A DNA stretch of 64,000 bases, taken from assembly GCA_000004985.1 (NCBI GenBank), contig GG738859.1; one strand, written 5' to 3'. Under the pieces are notes generated by a model. The model did not search any database and was not told where the DNA came from. It saw nothing but the letters and a program-made list of their open reading frames with translations. Made by a program: the position numbers and the translations under genes. The stretch's first letter is position 1. Every line of letters begins with the position of its first letter. This DNA comes from Naegleria gruberi (lineage: Eukaryota). Shown piece by piece: positions 61,452-64,000 of the stretch.

Positions 61452-64000
61452 ATGAAAACGATCATTGTCAGGTTCGAAGACATCACAATACCTCCTAAAG
61501 TGTTGGAAAAGTCATTCAATGATTGGGAACACTTGGCACCTTTTGAATTGTTTGAAGAATTGCAGAAATATCTTCGGGATGAATGTTTTATTCATGTACA
61601 CCAATTTTCAAAGATGATACTAAAATCGGAGGATAATGAGTATGAAATATCATCTCGTATTGTTCATCAAGTTGGCAATGTACAACTGTCAATCCAAAAT
61701 TATTATATTTCATGGTATAACTTATTCGACAAGGAAATTAGAGTTAGACTTTGTCCACTTTATCACCAACAAGAAGAGGATTCTATCGTTCCAACCGATG
61801 AAGTGTGTTTGCATTTGGGTTGTCACTCATTTACAGAAAGACAATTGTTAGAGGTGAAGGAATCGGAATTAATTGAAGAAAGGAGAGGCTATTTGTGTTA
61901 CTTATTGCAAGTAATATTTGAGGATGGAAATCATGTTGCTTCTTCTTCTGTTAAAATAGATCAATCCTACCTCATGGATACATTAGAAAAGTTTCCTACA
62001 GAGTTTGAGGCTTTTTGTAAATGGCTCATTGTTAACAAGTTGAAGAGAACAAGAGCCTATTTGAAGGAAGATCGTTATATTATTGTAAATGGAAGATATG
62101 AAATGTGCTTTCACTTAATACATGGAGGAAGATTAAGTAATCCACTCAACAATACTTCGAACGAAAGTAATGAAAGAAATCAACTGTGGATTGGGAAAGA
62201 TTTTAAAAACAAGTGTAAGGTAGTTATGAAATTTGGAATCAGAACTGAAAATGAGTTTGAAAATCTACAAAAAATCAAACATAGTCATATTATTCAAACT
62301 TTAGATCATTATCCCTCTAATGAAATACAGGAAAATGCTTTTGTTACTTTTCTATATAAGGGGCTCAATTTGAGACAACTTATTGAATCAAAGGATAATA
62401 ACCTCACATTTAAAGAAATTAGAGAAATTGTATCGCAAATTGTTGATGCCATTGCTTATCTTCATGATATGGGAATAGTTCACAAAGACATCAAACATGA
62501 AAATATTCTTATTGAGGAAAATTTGGACAAGATTTGGCTTGTAGATTTTGATGAGAATTCGTATTCAGGTGGTTGTACAATTTTTTTAAATCAACCTCCA
62601 GAAAAAGTATTATCCATGAAAGCAGATATTTGGGCATTAGGGGTACTTGTCTACCAATTAATAACAAAAGATCTGGAGACTAATATTCAAAAAGATTTTC
62701 TCAGTGGACGCATACAGATTGGACATCATATTGACATTCTAATTGAACAATCAAATGATACTAATCTCCAAACGTTAGCGAAGATTGTAAGAACGTGTTT
62801 ACAAGAAAAACAATCAAGACCCACAATATATGGGATTTATGAAATATTGTATGAAGAAGAACTTGAATTATTGGAAGACATAGAATTTGAAAGTGATATT
62901 GATGAAGAAATAGATTTATCAGAAATTGATAGGGATGATTTGATATCTCAACTATCTACTAATGGAATGAAATTGAGATATATTCCTTATTCAAACCAAG
63001 ACATGGAAATGGTAACAGCAGCTGTCAACTGTAATTGTAATGCACTGGAGTTTACCTCACCTTTATTGAAAGAGTCAGATGATTTCATTGATAGCATCCA
63101 AATACCTCCAGAGTGTGTAAAGTTGTTAGGAGTTGATAAGCAAATACGAATCATTAAGAAAGAACCATCCCTCTTCCATAGTTATAGACAACTAGTTCTA
63201 CAAGCTGTAAAGCACGACAGCTCACTTTTTCATCATTTAACAGAAGAATTGAAGAGTGACTCTGATATTTTTATTGTAGCCATCGAGAATGGATTGGAAA
63301 ACTATGAGCAATACTTGAAATATCATGCATCTTCCAAAAGTGTGGCATTGGTTGTGGTCGAATTATATCCCTCTCAACGAGAGCACTTTATTTACGATGT
63401 TTTTGAGGAAATTTATAAGGATCATTTGGATGCAATTAACAAAAACCCATTAGAATTGAGAAAAGCACCAAAACCCTTAAAGTCTTATTCTGATTTTGTA
63501 ATACAGATAGCTAAAAAGCAAATAGGCGTTCTAGAGTTTGCTTCTGATATTCTAAAATCAGATAGAAATTCATTTTAGAAGCTTCCAAGATATCACTTAG
63601 TGCTTTACAATATGCCAGTGCGAGTCTTCAATCAGATGAAGAGTTTATTGATAAAATATACAAAATAAGATGTCACGATCTGGATGCTTATCAATTAACT
63701 GGAGAAGAGAAAGAAATTTTCATGATTGCTATCTCAGGAAGGTTTAGTTTTATTCCTGAAAAATTCAAGAAGGACAGAGCTTTTGTTATGAAAGTACTGA
63801 AGAAAAGGGGAAGGATTCTAGAGTATATTCCTCACTTTTCATCTGATAAAGAGGTTGTTATGGCATCCATAATGCATTACTCATACGATCTTGAGTATGC
63901 AGACTATTCTTTACGTTCAGATGAAGAAATTGTACTGTTGGCAACCACATTGAATGGTGAGTGTTTTAGATACGCAGATTCAAAACTACAGGAAAATAGA
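61452..64000 (+). pseudogene. Protein kinase + DUF4116-repeat protein, interrupted by a 1-bp frameshift at about 63565-63575. The ORF is open to the window end in the shifted frame, so either a sequencing indel or a recent pseudogene.
   Basis: Kinase subdomains are present: K in VVMKFG, HKDIKHENILI, DFDE in place of DFG, a PPE/APE-like motif and DIWALGVLVYQL. The Gly-rich loop is degenerate. DUF4116 repeats follow (ALEFTSPLLKESDDFI, LQAVKHDSSLFHHLTEELKSDSDIFIVAIENG, VLEFASDILKSDRN...). The track ORF ends ...KSDRNSF* at 63578. The +1 frame continues FILEASKISLSALQYASASLQSDEEFIDKIYKIRCHDLDAYQLTGEEKEIFMIAISGRFSFIPEKFKKDRAFVMKVLKKRGRILEYIPHFSSDKEVVMASIMHYSYDLEYADYSLRSDEEIVLLATTLNGECFRYADSKLQEN to position 64000. 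These are more DUF4116 repeats. Inserting one T in aaTTca (giving DRNFILEAS) restores a single ORF. Confidence 0.6.

Noticed and set aside
1-64000. Prokaryotic-style systems: CRISPR arrays, restriction-modification or defence islands, operons, rRNA/tRNA genes, IS elements or transposons
   Set aside because: The window is clearly eukaryotic (GT-AG spliceosomal introns, CaaX GTPase, Snu114, XRN, kinesin). I saw no direct-repeat/spacer arrays, no transposase, reverse transcriptase or integrase ORFs, no rDNA-like GC-rich blocks, and no convincing tRNA cloverleaf in the intergenic regions.

Overview
This is a moderately AT-rich eukaryotic nuclear window of roughly 65% A+T, falling to about 75-80% in intergenic DNA. 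It is gene-dense and intron-poor, with unbroken ORFs up to 7 kb. The few introns are short GT-AG introns of 32-115 bp. Protein coding regions carry S/N/T/Q-rich low-complexity segments. There are no prokaryotic features: no CRISPR, rRNA or operons. The gene content is hybrid histidine kinases, many small GTPases, a G-alpha subunit, RGS, F-box, Kelch and Sel1 proteins, a Furry homologue and SCAI. Together with an A/T-biased third codon position, this fits best a dictyostelid-like amoebozoan other than Dictyostelium discoideum. I cannot verify the organism from sequence alone.

I call about 32 protein-coding genes:
- Two XRN 5'-3' exoribonuclease paralogues flanking an F-box gene.
- A kinesin-13-like motor.
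- A six-exon atypical Rho/Rac GTPase.
- An RGS+START protein.
- A roughly 2500-aa Furry/Tao3-like HEAT protein in two exons.
- Snu114 (U5 snRNP GTPase).
- An SDHAF3/ACN9 LYR protein.
- A CAF1 deadenylase in two exons.
- A Sel1-repeat protein.
- A short-chain dehydrogenase/reductase (SDR) with a 32-bp intron.
- An NHL propeller protein.
- A hybrid histidine kinase in four exons.
- A SCAI homologue in four exons.
- A 3-beta-HSD/NAD-epimerase family protein.
- An LRR protein.
- A highly divergent G-alpha-like protein with a large C-terminal extension.
- A protein kinase fused to DUF4116 repeats, interrupted by a 1-bp frameshift.

The most unusual locus is at 34.6-41.4 kb. A type-II membrane protein fuses a bacterial-type non-hydrolysing UDP-GlcNAc 2-epimerase (WecB-like) to a DxD glycosyltransferase-like domain. 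It sits divergently next to a nucleotide-sugar/TPT-family transporter. Two directly repeated, partly gene-converted Kelch beta-propeller paralogues bracket this pair.

The supplied ORF track uses bacterial alternative start codons (TTG/GTG/CTG shown as M), so many of its ORF starts are not real ATGs. It also misses an open-ended minus-strand gene at 1-1017 and reports one exon of the transporter gene in the wrong frame. Splice coordinates are approximate (plus or minus a few bp), because I assembled them by hand.
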